Below, one piece after another: positions 1 to 11,923 of a stretch of 64,000 bases of DNA (the first letter of the stretch is position 1; each line of letters starts with the position of its first letter). The stretch covers positions 19,945 to 83,944 of the forward strand of contig JBCCHT010000055.1 in assembly GCA_039028615.1 (NCBI GenBank). The letters are read 5' to 3'. The position numbers were made by a program, and so were the translations under genes. Origin of the DNA: Myxococcota bacterium. GTDB lineage: Bacteria; Myxococcota_A; Polyangia; Nannocystales; Nannocystaceae. The notes under the pieces are model-generated. The model saw only the letters and a list, made by a program, of their open reading frames with translations. It searched no databases and had not been told where the DNA came from.

Positions 1-621
1 GGGCCCGTAGAACGCCGACGCGTACTTGGCCGTGTACGAGAGGATCGAGACCTCGGTGAAGCCCTCGTCGTCGAGCGCGTCCCGGATGGCGCTGACCCGG
101 CCGTCCATCATGTCGCTGGGCGCGATGATGTCGGCCCCGGCTCGCGCCTGGGAGACCGCCTGCTTGCACAGCACCTCGACCGTCTCGTCGTTGAGGATCT
201 TGCCGTCGGAGACAATGCCGTCGTGCCCGTCCGACGAGTAGGGATCGAGCGCGACGTCGGTCACCAGCATCAGGTCTGGCCAGCGATCCTTCACCGCCTC
301 GAGCGTGCGCGGGATCAGCCCGTTGTCGTTGTACGACTCGGTTCCCGTGGAGTCCTTGAGCGCGTCGTCGATGGCAGGGAACAAGGCGATCATTCGCACC
401 CCGACGTCGTAGGCCCGCTCGATCTCTGCGAGCAGCCCCTTTCGGCCGTGGCGATGGCAGCCCGGCATCGCCCCGATCGGCACGTCGCCCTCGTCCTCGT
501 GCACGAAGAGCGGATAGATGAAGTGCTCGGGGCCGACGACCGTCTCGCGCACCGCGTTGCGAATGGCGGCAGACTTGCGATTACGGCGGGGCCGCTCGGG
601 GAGGATGATCCGGCTCTTCAT
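1..621 (-). CDS. hemB: Porphobilinogen synthase (ALA dehydratase), 5' part; runs off the window edge
   Basis: Manual minus-strand translation from ATG at 621: MKSRIILPERPRRNRKSAAIRNAVRET...TDVALDPYSSDGHDG...GADIIAPSDMMDGRV...ILSYTAKYASAFYGP, all HemB motifs. Not in the ORF track because there is no stop in the window. Confidence 0.95.
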   Translation of the reverse strand, partial: MKSRIILPERPRRNRKSAAIRNAVRETVVGPEHFIYPLFVHEDEGDVPIGAMPGCHRHGRKGLLAEIERAYDVGVRMIALFPAIDDALKDSTGTESYNDNGLIPRTLEAVKDRWPDLMLVTDVALDPYSSDGHDGIVSDGKILNDETVEVLCKQAVSQARAGADIIAPSDMMDGRVSAIRDALDDEGFTEVSILSYTAKYASAFYGP

Positions 622-667
622 GGTCGGCGGTGACGCTAACAGCTCGCGCCGCCCGCCGCACCTCGCA

Positions 668-1308
668 TCACGACCCGCCCGCGTGGGCTGGCCCGAGCGT
701 CGATTCGAGCTTCTTGCGATGGGTCACCCAGGTCGAGTCGGCATCGGCAAAGCGCCAGGGCAGCTCGCGGTGCTCGGGGTCCGCGAAGTCGATGCCGATG
801 CGAGGCCCCACCGCGATCGTGGCGGGCGGGGTGCCAGCGTGCATCGTCAGACCGCCGGGGCGGCACAGGTCGTGTCCCGACCACTCGGTGTCGATGGCCA
901 AGGCCTGGCCGATCTTGCCGGGCCCTGCCAGCAGCACCGGACCCGACTTGCCCCCGCGGCGCTCGGCGATGGTCGCCAGCCCCTCCACGGGTTCACACGC
1001 CCGGATGAGCACCGCCTGCGCGTCGCCGTCCTCGCCGGTCGACACGTTGAGCATCTGGTGGATGCCGTAGCAGACGTAGACATAGGCGCGCCCGGGTGGG
1101 CCCCAGATCGCGTCGTTGCGCTCGGTTCGGCCGGAGCGAGCGTGGCACGCGGTATCCCCCGGCCAGCGGTAGGCCTCCACCTCGGTGATGCGCAGGACTA
1201 CGTCGTCTCGCCGGATCCACTGCCCGACGAGCGCGGGCGCGACCTCGAGGACGTCGCGACTGAAGAACGACGATGGAAGCGGCGGGGGCACGGAGGGTCG
1301 AGCCATCG

Positions 1309-1312
<4 letters not shown>
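668..1312 (-). CDS. DNA-3-methyladenine glycosylase (MPG/AAG family)
   Basis: RITEVEAY, GRAYVYVCYGIH, AVLIRACEP, GPGKIGQAL and GPRIGI motifs. Confidence 0.92.
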
Positions 1313-4038
<2,726 letters not shown>

Positions 4039-4217
4039 GGCACCCCGGTCTCCAAACAGAACCGGCCGACCCTAACACTCGACTCCGGCCCGTGTCGGTA
4101 GGCAAACCGGGGCGCCTGTACCGCTCGAGGGCCCGGGGCAATGCGCCTCGAAGTCCCGTCGTGGTGCGCGTTTCCGGCCGGCGAGGCCAGTCCTTCGAGG
4201 GCCGGGCCCGCACCGCC

Positions 4218-4937
4218 TCAGATCATGATGCCCAACTCGTAACGTCGGTACAGCGCTGATTTACGCCGATCGGTTCGCATCGACGTTCGGTTGATGTCCG
4301 TGATGGAAAAGGGCGCGGCCTCCCGAGCCAGACCGACCTTGCGTTCCATCGTCCAGTCGGCCATCGGCTCGAGCTCGTCACGCGTCAGACCGAACAGCTG
4401 CAAAAAGAGCACGGTGCCGTGCGGTGTGTCGATCTTCCCTAGCTGTGGGTCCGGCACGCAGACCACGCCCACGAGGGCGCTGGCCCGGGTCGTGCCCGTC
4501 TCGGGGTCGGCGTCGGTCGGCCCGAGCGGCCCTCCCAAGTCGATCACGTGACCGCTGTCGAAGGGGCCATGCCCGGACAGCACGTAGTGCCCCAGCATCT
4601 GCAGCAGCTGCACCGCCCACATCGGCGGACGTTCCTGCTCGGGCGTCCGCGGGATCCGAAAGGTGAGCTCGTACCCGAAGCCGCTCTGCTCTGGATCGGG
4701 CGAGCTCTTTTCGAATAACTCCGTCAGCCCGTAGCCCACCAAGTGCCAGTGATCGGGCCCCCTACCCTCGTGGGCCACCACGGCGGGCAAGGGGCTACGA
4801 CCCTCGAGGTCGTAGGGCTTTTGGCTGGTGAGCTGGTGCGGCGTCTGGCCGGGATGGATCGTCGCCAAGGCGCGATCGATCGCCGCCCAGCCGGGCGCGT
4901 GCACGGGATACCGCGGATCGTCCTTCGCGTCGCTCAT
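4218..4937 (-). CDS. Suppressor-of-fused (SUFU) domain protein
   Basis: PGWAAID, DHWHLVGYGLTEL, SGFGYELTFR, IDTPHGTVLFLQLFGLT; ATG at 4937 overlaps the serC stop (ATGA). Confidence 0.85.
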   Translation of the reverse strand: MSDAKDDPRYPVHAPGWAAIDRALATIHPGQTPHQLTSQKPYDLEGRSPLPAVVAHEGRGPDHWHLVGYGLTELFEKSSPDPEQSGFGYELTFRIPRTPEQERPPMWAVQLLQMLGHYVLSGHGPFDSGHVIDLGGPLGPTDADPETGTTRASALVGVVCVPDPQLGKIDTPHGTVLFLQLFGLTRDELEPMADWTMERKVGLAREAAPFSITDINRTSMRTDRRKSALYRRYELGIMI

Positions 4938-6058
4938 CCCTTGCGCTCGAACTCCCGCATGAACTCGCACAGCACGTCGACGCCCGCCTCGGGGAAGGCG
5001 TTGTAGATCGACGCGCGGCAGCCCCCGACGGAGCGGTGACCCTTGAGCCCGGAAAGCCCGGCCGCGGCCGCGTCGGCGATGAAGGTCTTGGTGCGCGCAT
5101 CGGCATCGTCGCCCGCGAGCGTCCAGGTGACGTTCATGGTGGAGCGGCTGCCCGCCTTGGCGTGCGGCTGGTACAGGCTGCTCTCATCGAGCACCGAGTA
5201 GAGCTTGTCGGCCTTGCGGCGGTTGACCGCGCCCACGGCCTCGACCCCACCCTTACCCTTGACCCAGTCGAGCACGTTGCGGAGCACCATGATCCCGAAG
5301 GTGTTGGGCGTGTTGAACAGGCTGTTCTTCTCCGAGTGCGTCGTGTAGCGCAGCATCGTGGGCACGTAGGCCGCGGCCTCTTTTTCGAGCAGCTCGCGGC
5401 GCATGAACACCAGCGTCACCCCGGAGGGGCCGAGGTTCTTCTGCGCGCCCGCGTAGCCGAGCGAGATGTTCTCGAGGGCCATCTTCCGCGACCCGATGTT
5501 GCTCGACAGGTCGACGACGAGCGGCGTGTCCCCGGCGTCGGGGATCTCGGCCAGCTCGGTGCCGTAGATGGTGTTGTTACTCGTCAGGTGCAGGTAGCTC
5601 GCACCCGAGTAGCGATCGGCCGCGGGCAGCTGCGGGACGTGGTCGTAGCCGCTGTCGGCCGAGCTGGCGATGACCTCGGTCGCGCCCAGGCCCTTGCTCT
5701 CCTTGATCGCCTTCTTCGACCACACGCCGGTGTCGACGTAGGCGGCCGGCTTGTCGGCGACGCGAAGGTTGTAGGGCACCATCGCGAACTGGAGGCTCGC
5801 GCCGCCCTGGAGCAGCAGCACCTCGTAGTCCTTGGGCACGCCGAGCACGTCGTGCACCAGCGCCTTCGCCTCCTCGTGGATGGCGTCATAGGTCTTGCTG
5901 CGATGGGAGATCTCGAGGATCGAGAGCCGGGACTCGAGCGAGTCGTCGCCGGGCACGTCGAGCGAGCGCACGGCGGCCGCCGTACGCTCGAAGACCTCGG
6001 GCGGGAGGATCGCGGGACCGGCCGAGAAGTTGAAGGGGCGCTCCGTCATGGAGGCCAT
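4934..6058 (-). CDS. serC: Phosphoserine aminotransferase
   Basis: FNFSAGPA, LQGGASLQF, NNTIYG, YAGAQKNLGPSG, FNTP, KGHRSVGGCRASIYNA; start at 6058 or 6049. Confidence 0.95.
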   Translation of the reverse strand: MASMTERPFNFSAGPAILPPEVFERTAAAVRSLDVPGDDSLESRLSILEISHRSKTYDAIHEEAKALVHDVLGVPKDYEVLLLQGGASLQFAMVPYNLRVADKPAAYVDTGVWSKKAIKESKGLGATEVIASSADSGYDHVPQLPAADRYSGASYLHLTSNNTIYGTELAEIPDAGDTPLVVDLSSNIGSRKMALENISLGYAGAQKNLGPSGVTLVFMRRELLEKEAAAYVPTMLRYTTHSEKNSLFNTPNTFGIMVLRNVLDWVKGKGGVEAVGAVNRRKADKLYSVLDESSLYQPHAKAGSRSTMNVTWTLAGDDADARTKTFIADAAAAGLSGLKGHRSVGGCRASIYNAFPEAGVDVLCEFMREFERKG

Positions 6059-6221
6059 TGGCTCGGATTTCGGAGGCGAAGTCAAAAGCGAACCCCGACA
6101 TCCGCGACTCTCCCGTCCCAATTGGGCGTGAGGTGAATCGCACCCCGCCCACCGGGCATTTCATCGCGCGGCGACGGTGCCTTTTGAAGCGCGTGTCGCC
6201 ACGGTGTAGCGTCCGGGCATC

Positions 6222-6782
<561 letters not shown>

Positions 6783-6820
6783 GCCCCCCGTGCGCGGGTC
6801 CCCTCGCCCGGGGCCCGGCC

Positions 6821-8221
6821 TCAGCCTTCGATCTCGGCGACGATCTGCGCTCGGATGGCCAAGACCTCCGAGCGCAGGGTCGCCACCTCTGCGCGCCACT
6901 CGGTCACGTCCCCGAGGTCGGGGTCGGCCATGATCGCGGGCTCGATCTGCCCCGCGATGGTGTCGATGCGCTCGTCGATGGCCTCGAGCGTCCACAGGTT
7001 ATCCAGCAGGTCGTGCGACGCCGCCGTGTAGTCGCTCCACATCGAGGTCACCAGGCCTTCGATGATCGGGTCGCAGGTCGCCGCCCGGCGCCCGACGGCG
7101 CCGTCACCGATGGGGCGCGGCTCGCAATCGGCCGACAGATCGGACCAGTGCGGCTGGTCGAAGAACTCCTTGAACGGGTTGGGGTCATCGAAGCTGTTGT
7201 CGAGGTCCCAGGGGATCAGCCACACCCGCTGGGTCTGAGTCTCCTCGTACCAGTAGTAGTTGTGGTTGCCGCAGCCCCAGTCCCCGCACCAAAACCCCAG
7301 CGCGCCGTCCCAGTTCTCCACCATGCGATCGACGGCCAAGAGCCGAGCGAGCGCGGCTCGGTCCATCCATCGATCGATCACCTCGTCCATGGCCTCGGGC
7401 GTGGACGACTGGAGCTCCTGCGCGAACAAGACCATGTCGAGTGCGTCGGGAGACTCGTCGCGGTTGGTCTTGAGCGCGTCGAGGTAGGGCCCTTCGCCGA
7501 AGTGCATGGGCCACACTTCTTTGTACAGGTTGCCCTCTCCGTCCTCGGGGAAATTCACCCGAGTGAAGCGCCCGTCCACCTGCTCGACCAGCGCGTATAG
7601 CCCCATCAGCTCCCCGTTGATGACGAGCTGGGCATGGACCGCCCGAGACGCGGGCACACCGAAGTCGCGGAACAAGGCGTAGCCGAGCCGCTCGGTGATC
7701 TTCGACGGGTCGGCCTTCATCGAGTGGAAGTTCAGGCGCTTGAGCCCATCGAGAAGCTGGTCCTCGACATACTCGTCGAAGCGAATCTTCATCGACAGCT
7801 TGTCGCAGACCAACATGCCGCCCTCGAAGCAGTTCGCCAGCGAGCCCACGTTGCCCTTGTAGCGAATGGCCACGTTCTCCAGCCGCTGCCCATCGACCTC
7901 GACCGCGGCGGGGACATACTCCTCCGCCTGCGGGTCCGCGTTGATGCGCTCCAGGTCCTCGGGCGCAATCTCGACGGAGTAGGTGCGGAGCTGGGTGGGA
8001 TCGAAGACCCAGTCGCCGTGGTCGGCCCCGGCCGGGTCTCCGCCCGTCGAAGAATCCGCCCCCGTGGTCGGCTCGCCCGCCGTGCCCAACTCCGAGCCCG
8101 TGCCCGTCGCGGTGGCGTCCTCCGCCTCCGACGACAGGCCCGCATCACACGACCACGATGCGAGCGTGGCCCCCAACACGGGGACGAGACGAGCCCTCTT
8201 CAACATCCCCATCCAATCCAT
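6821..8221 (-). CDS. CotH kinase family lipoprotein
   Basis: IRYKGN, KLSMKIRFD, GLYALVEQVD, NWDG...HNYYWY...IPWDLDNSF; lipobox-like LASWSC; start approximate. Confidence 0.85.
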   Translation of the reverse strand: MDWMGMLKRARLVPVLGATLASWSCDAGLSSEAEDATATGTGSELGTAGEPTTGADSSTGGDPAGADHGDWVFDPTQLRTYSVEIAPEDLERINADPQAEEYVPAAVEVDGQRLENVAIRYKGNVGSLANCFEGGMLVCDKLSMKIRFDEYVEDQLLDGLKRLNFHSMKADPSKITERLGYALFRDFGVPASRAVHAQLVINGELMGLYALVEQVDGRFTRVNFPEDGEGNLYKEVWPMHFGEGPYLDALKTNRDESPDALDMVLFAQELQSSTPEAMDEVIDRWMDRAALARLLAVDRMVENWDGALGFWCGDWGCGNHNYYWYEETQTQRVWLIPWDLDNSFDDPNPFKEFFDQPHWSDLSADCEPRPIGDGAVGRRAATCDPIIEGLVTSMWSDYTAASHDLLDNLWTLEAIDERIDTIAGQIEPAIMADPDLGDVTEWRAEVATLRSEVLAIRAQIVAEIEG

Positions 8222-8432
8222 CGATGCCAGTGTGCCAGGCCGCACCGCACCGTGTCACCGGGAACGAACCATGCCGCTGGCGGTGGATTCGCGAGGACGA
8301 ACGAAGGGCTGAAGTGGCAAGTTCCGCATGCTCATCCAGCCCGGCGAGTGCAACCCGGCCCGATCGGAACACCAGGCTCCGATGGCCGAGTCGAAGCGGA
8401 TCGACTCGACCATCGGCCGTGCTCGATGAGCA

Positions 8433-10571
8433 TCACCCACCGCGGCAGTCGACGTTGCGTTCGGCTTGATCGAGCAACACTGCGGCCAGGGTGTCGGAGA
8501 TGGGCAGGCCCGGGTCGCGGTCGAGCCAGAAGAACTCGCCGACCGGGTTGACCTCGAGGAACACGTGGCGCCCATCGGGCGTGACGATGAAGTCGGCCGC
8601 GCCGTAGTTGAGGCCGAGCTTGCGCTGCAGGGCGAGCAAACCCGTCTCGACGTCCTTGGGCAGCGAATAGGGCTGCCAGTCGTTGATGAGACCCAGGCCG
8701 TCGCGACGCCAGTCGACTTCGGTCTGCGCGCGACGAGCGGAGTCGATGGATGCCGACATGACCTTCGTGCCGGCCACCGTGACCCGTAGCTCGACCACCT
8801 TGGTCAGCTCCTCCTGGAAGGTCATGGGACACAGGGAGAGCCCATCGAGTTCTTGGAGGTCCTGCTCCTTCACGCGCGTGGTGTAGACCACGTTCTCCCG
8901 GCCTTCGCGGTAGATGGCGAAGGAGTGCTGCATCTTGGTGACGACCCGGCCTTCGAGGCGTCGCCAGAAGTCGCGGGCATCCTCGGCTCGGTTGGTCACC
9001 AGCGTGCGCGGCACCTCGAGCCCGACCTCGGACGCGAGGCGAAGCTGGAGTTCCTTGTGGTGCGTGCGGGTGACCGAGGCGAGCCGATCGAGCTGGAAGC
9101 ACTCCAAGTTCGCGATGGTGCCGAACAGGGTGCGACGGGTCTCGCCCACCGCCGCCTCTCGGGTATCACCCATGGAGCGCGGCAGGCCGCCCCCCGCGGC
9201 GAAGCGCCGATACCAGACCGCCTGCAGCGACTCGAGGGCATAGCCCTTGCCGTCGACCACCACCAAGCCGGTCCCGCCGCGACTGCGCACGGTCGACAGG
9301 CCCACCTCCTGCGGATAGCGGTCGGTGTTCATGCGGATCGGCACGCCGCCCCGCTGCTCGATGGCTGCGCTGACCGTCTCGATGCACTCGTTGTCGCCGC
9401 TGTGGGTGATGATGAGCACCGTCGGTTTCGACGAGTCGGCGGTGACCACCGCGGGGGCTTGCCGAGGCGTCTCGGCCGGTTCGGTCGTGACTCCGGGCAA
9501 CGTCGCCCGAGCCTCGGCCGCCGGTCGGGGCACGACCTCGACCGGCTCGAGCACCCGCGCTTCGCTCGGCGCCCGCTCGGGCTGCCCCGTGGCGTCGACC
9601 AGCCACTGCCCGATCGCATCGGCGATGGGTAGCTCGAGGTCTCGCTCGAGCCACCCCCACTCGCCCGCGGGGTTGAGCTCGAGGAACACGTGCTCTCCCT
9701 CGGGCGTCACGATGAAGTCCATCACCCCGAAGGACAGACCCAGGCGATCGAGCAGCTGCCGCGCCTGCGCTCGCAAGGCATCGGGCACGGTGGCGTGCTC
9801 CCACGGCGGCCCCTCGTCGGCCCGAAGCCGCCGCCAGTCGACCTCACCGCGCGTGGTTCCCCGGGTATCGATCGCGCCGGCAAAGCACTGGTCTCCCACC
9901 AGCACGACCCGGAGCTCTCGCCCCTTGGGTATCTCGGGCTGGAAGATCTGCGGAACCCAGCGCAGGTCTTCGGCCTGCTGCAGGTCGTCGCTCGAGACCC
10001 GGCTGGTGTACATGAAGTCGCCGCGACCGCCCTTCATGTCGTAGCTGATGGGCGTCATCAGCTTGGTGACCACCGCCGATTCCTGCTGCGCCGCGAAGCC
10101 CCGCACCTCCCCCGGATGGTTGCTGAACAGGGTGTCGGGCACGGTCATGCCCACCCGCGCCGCCTCGATCAGCTGCCGGGGTTTGGACTCGGCCGCGAGC
10201 TGCAGATCGATGCGGTCGAGCCACCCCGCGCCATCGAGCAGGGGCAACAGCTGGGTCATGGCCACGCGGGCGTGATGGCTGGCGATGCCCCGCCACCGCG
10301 GCGCCAAGCCATCGAGGCCGCTTGCGGTCCACAGGCGGCGCATCCACACCGCCCCGACCCGCGACAGATCGACCGCGCGACCATCCGCATGGAGGACCCC
10401 TTGCACCGTGCCCTGCTGGGCACGCACCGACAGCGACAGCTCGGCGGGAAAACGATCGGTGTCGACACGGAGTGCTTCCACTCCGCGCCGAGCCACCGCC
10501 GCCTGCACGCGATCGATGGTGAAGAAGTCCCCGCGGTGGGTCAGGAGAAGGACGAGCGTGTCGTCGGCCAA
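8433..10571 (-). CDS. Tandem (fused) microviridin-type ATP-grasp peptide maturase: MdnB/MvdC-like N-domain plus MdnC/MvdD-like C-domain
   Basis: Two full ATP-grasp units: LLLTHRGDFFTIDRV...FQPEIPKGRELR...FLELNPAGEWGWLE and VLIITHSGDNECI...FQEELTKVVELR...FLEVNPVGEFFWLD, joined by a ~55-aa Pro/Ala/Glu/Thr linker. Confidence 0.9.
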   Translation of the reverse strand: MADDTLVLLLTHRGDFFTIDRVQAAVARRGVEALRVDTDRFPAELSLSVRAQQGTVQGVLHADGRAVDLSRVGAVWMRRLWTASGLDGLAPRWRGIASHHARVAMTQLLPLLDGAGWLDRIDLQLAAESKPRQLIEAARVGMTVPDTLFSNHPGEVRGFAAQQESAVVTKLMTPISYDMKGGRGDFMYTSRVSSDDLQQAEDLRWVPQIFQPEIPKGRELRVVLVGDQCFAGAIDTRGTTRGEVDWRRLRADEGPPWEHATVPDALRAQARQLLDRLGLSFGVMDFIVTPEGEHVFLELNPAGEWGWLERDLELPIADAIGQWLVDATGQPERAPSEARVLEPVEVVPRPAAEARATLPGVTTEPAETPRQAPAVVTADSSKPTVLIITHSGDNECIETVSAAIEQRGGVPIRMNTDRYPQEVGLSTVRSRGGTGLVVVDGKGYALESLQAVWYRRFAAGGGLPRSMGDTREAAVGETRRTLFGTIANLECFQLDRLASVTRTHHKELQLRLASEVGLEVPRTLVTNRAEDARDFWRRLEGRVVTKMQHSFAIYREGRENVVYTTRVKEQDLQELDGLSLCPMTFQEELTKVVELRVTVAGTKVMSASIDSARRAQTEVDWRRDGLGLINDWQPYSLPKDVETGLLALQRKLGLNYGAADFIVTPDGRHVFLEVNPVGEFFWLDRDPGLPISDTLAAVLLDQAERNVDCRGG

Positions 10572-10578
10572 GGCTCGA

Positions 10579-11739
10579 CTACCCCGCCCCGCCGTCTTCC
10601 CAATCGGACGGGTACTTGAGCGTCACCGGGCCGCCACCGCCGTCTTCTTCGTCCGACGGGTACTTCTCGGTGACCGGGCCTTCCTCGTGATCGGACGGAT
10701 ACTTGCGCGTCACCGGACCGTCCTCTTCGTCCGATGGGTACTTCCGCGTCACCGGACCGCCGCCGCCGTCCTCTTCGTCCGACGGGTACTTGCGCGTCAC
10801 CGGGCCGCCGCCGTCCTCCTCGTCCGATGGGTACTTGCGCGTCACCGGGCCGCCACTGCCATCTTCCTCGTCCGACGGATACTTGCGCGTCACCGGGCCG
10901 CCGCCGTCCTCGTGATCGGACGGGTACTTGCGCGTCACCGGACCACCGCCGTCCTCTTCGTCGGAGGGGTACTTGAGCGTCACCGGGCCGCCGCCGCCGT
11001 CCTCGTGATCGGACGGGTACTTCTTGGTCACCGGTCCGCCGTCTTCTTCGTCGGACGGGTACTTCTGGGTGACCGGTCCGCCGCCGCCGTCCTCGTGATC
11101 GGACGGGTACTTCTTGGTGACCGGTCCGCCACCGCCGTCCTCGGCGTCGGAGGGGTACTTCAAGGTCACCGGGCCATCCTCGTGATCGGAGGGGTGCTTG
11201 CGGGTGACGGGACCCTCCTCTTCGTCGGACGGGTACTTGAGCGTCTGCAGATCGGAATCGCCGCCCTGCTGATCCTCGAGGAAGCGGGCGAAGAAGGGTT
11301 GGTCGCGGACGCGCGTGGGCTCGACCTTCTCCATCAGGCGCGCCGCTCGACGACCCGCCAGACGAGCGCGACGCATCAGCGACTCGGCGTGGTCGCGCAT
11401 CTCCTTGACGCGATCGTCATGGGCGTCCTGCCAGGTCTTCGCGGCTTCGCGTTGACCGGCCTCGACCAAGGTCCGGGCCACGTCGCGCATGCGCTCGAGC
11501 ACGGTCGCTTGGCTCTCGGGTTCGTCGGACGCGGCCGCGAGTGCTTCGTGCGCTCGGTTGACGGCCTCGGCTGCCGCCTCGTTCCCGGCCGCACCTCCCG
11601 CATCACCAGAGGCCGCACGCGTGCGAGCTTTGGCGGCCTTCTTGGCGACTTTCTTCGCTACTTTTTTCGCGACCTTTTTGGTCGCTTTCTTTGCAGCTTT
11701 CTTAGCAGTGGTTTTCTTGCGCGGTCGTCGTGTTGCCAT
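10579..11739 (-). CDS. Microviridin-type graspetide precursor with 15 core repeats and a Lys-rich N-terminal extension
   Basis: PFFARFL motif (nt 11278-11298); 15 x TxK(Y/H)PSDxE(D/E) separated by G(n)PV linkers; 7 nt upstream of the ATP-grasp gene. Confidence 0.93.
   Translation of the reverse strand: MATRRPRKKTTAKKAAKKATKKVAKKVAKKVAKKAAKARTRAASGDAGGAAGNEAAAEAVNRAHEALAAASDEPESQATVLERMRDVARTLVEAGQREAAKTWQDAHDDRVKEMRDHAESLMRRARLAGRRAARLMEKVEPTRVRDQPFFARFLEDQQGGDSDLQTLKYPSDEEEGPVTRKHPSDHEDGPVTLKYPSDAEDGGGGPVTKKYPSDHEDGGGGPVTQKYPSDEEDGGPVTKKYPSDHEDGGGGPVTLKYPSDEEDGGGPVTRKYPSDHEDGGGPVTRKYPSDEEDGSGGPVTRKYPSDEEDGGGPVTRKYPSDEEDGGGGPVTRKYPSDEEDGPVTRKYPSDHEEGPVTEKYPSDEEDGGGGPVTLKYPSDWEDGGAG
10582..11244 (-). 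repeat. Coding imperfect tandem repeat, 15 units of about 39-48 nt, encoding the graspetide cores
   Basis: Recurrent gtcacc...aagtacccgtccgac...gaggacggc units (minus-strand reading) with synonymous variation and variable Gly runs. Confidence 0.92.
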
Positions 11740-11923
11740 GTTGGGGGCTCGCTTCGTTGCAGGTGCAAAATGCTAGCACCGCGCTACGGGATACCTGTGG
11801 CCCGTTGGGGGACCTTGGATCGATCGTTCCTGGGTCCAGCACGAAATGCGATCGGCGTCACAGCTGCAACGCGGGTGATCCGTGGCATGGGCCATCACGT
11901 GTGGCCCTGCTAGCCTGAGCGCC

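Noticed and set aside
8222..8240. TGGCAC upstream of the CotH gene as a sigma54 promoter
   Set aside because: No TTGC at the -12 position (reads CATC).
10582..11244. Regular repeat array resembling CRISPR
   Set aside because: Units are in-frame codon repeats with synonymous variation, with no unique spacers and no cas genes.
10285..11913. 542-aa plus-strand repetitive ORF (RVLARHR repeats)
   Set aside because: Mirror of the precursor repeats on the opposite strand.
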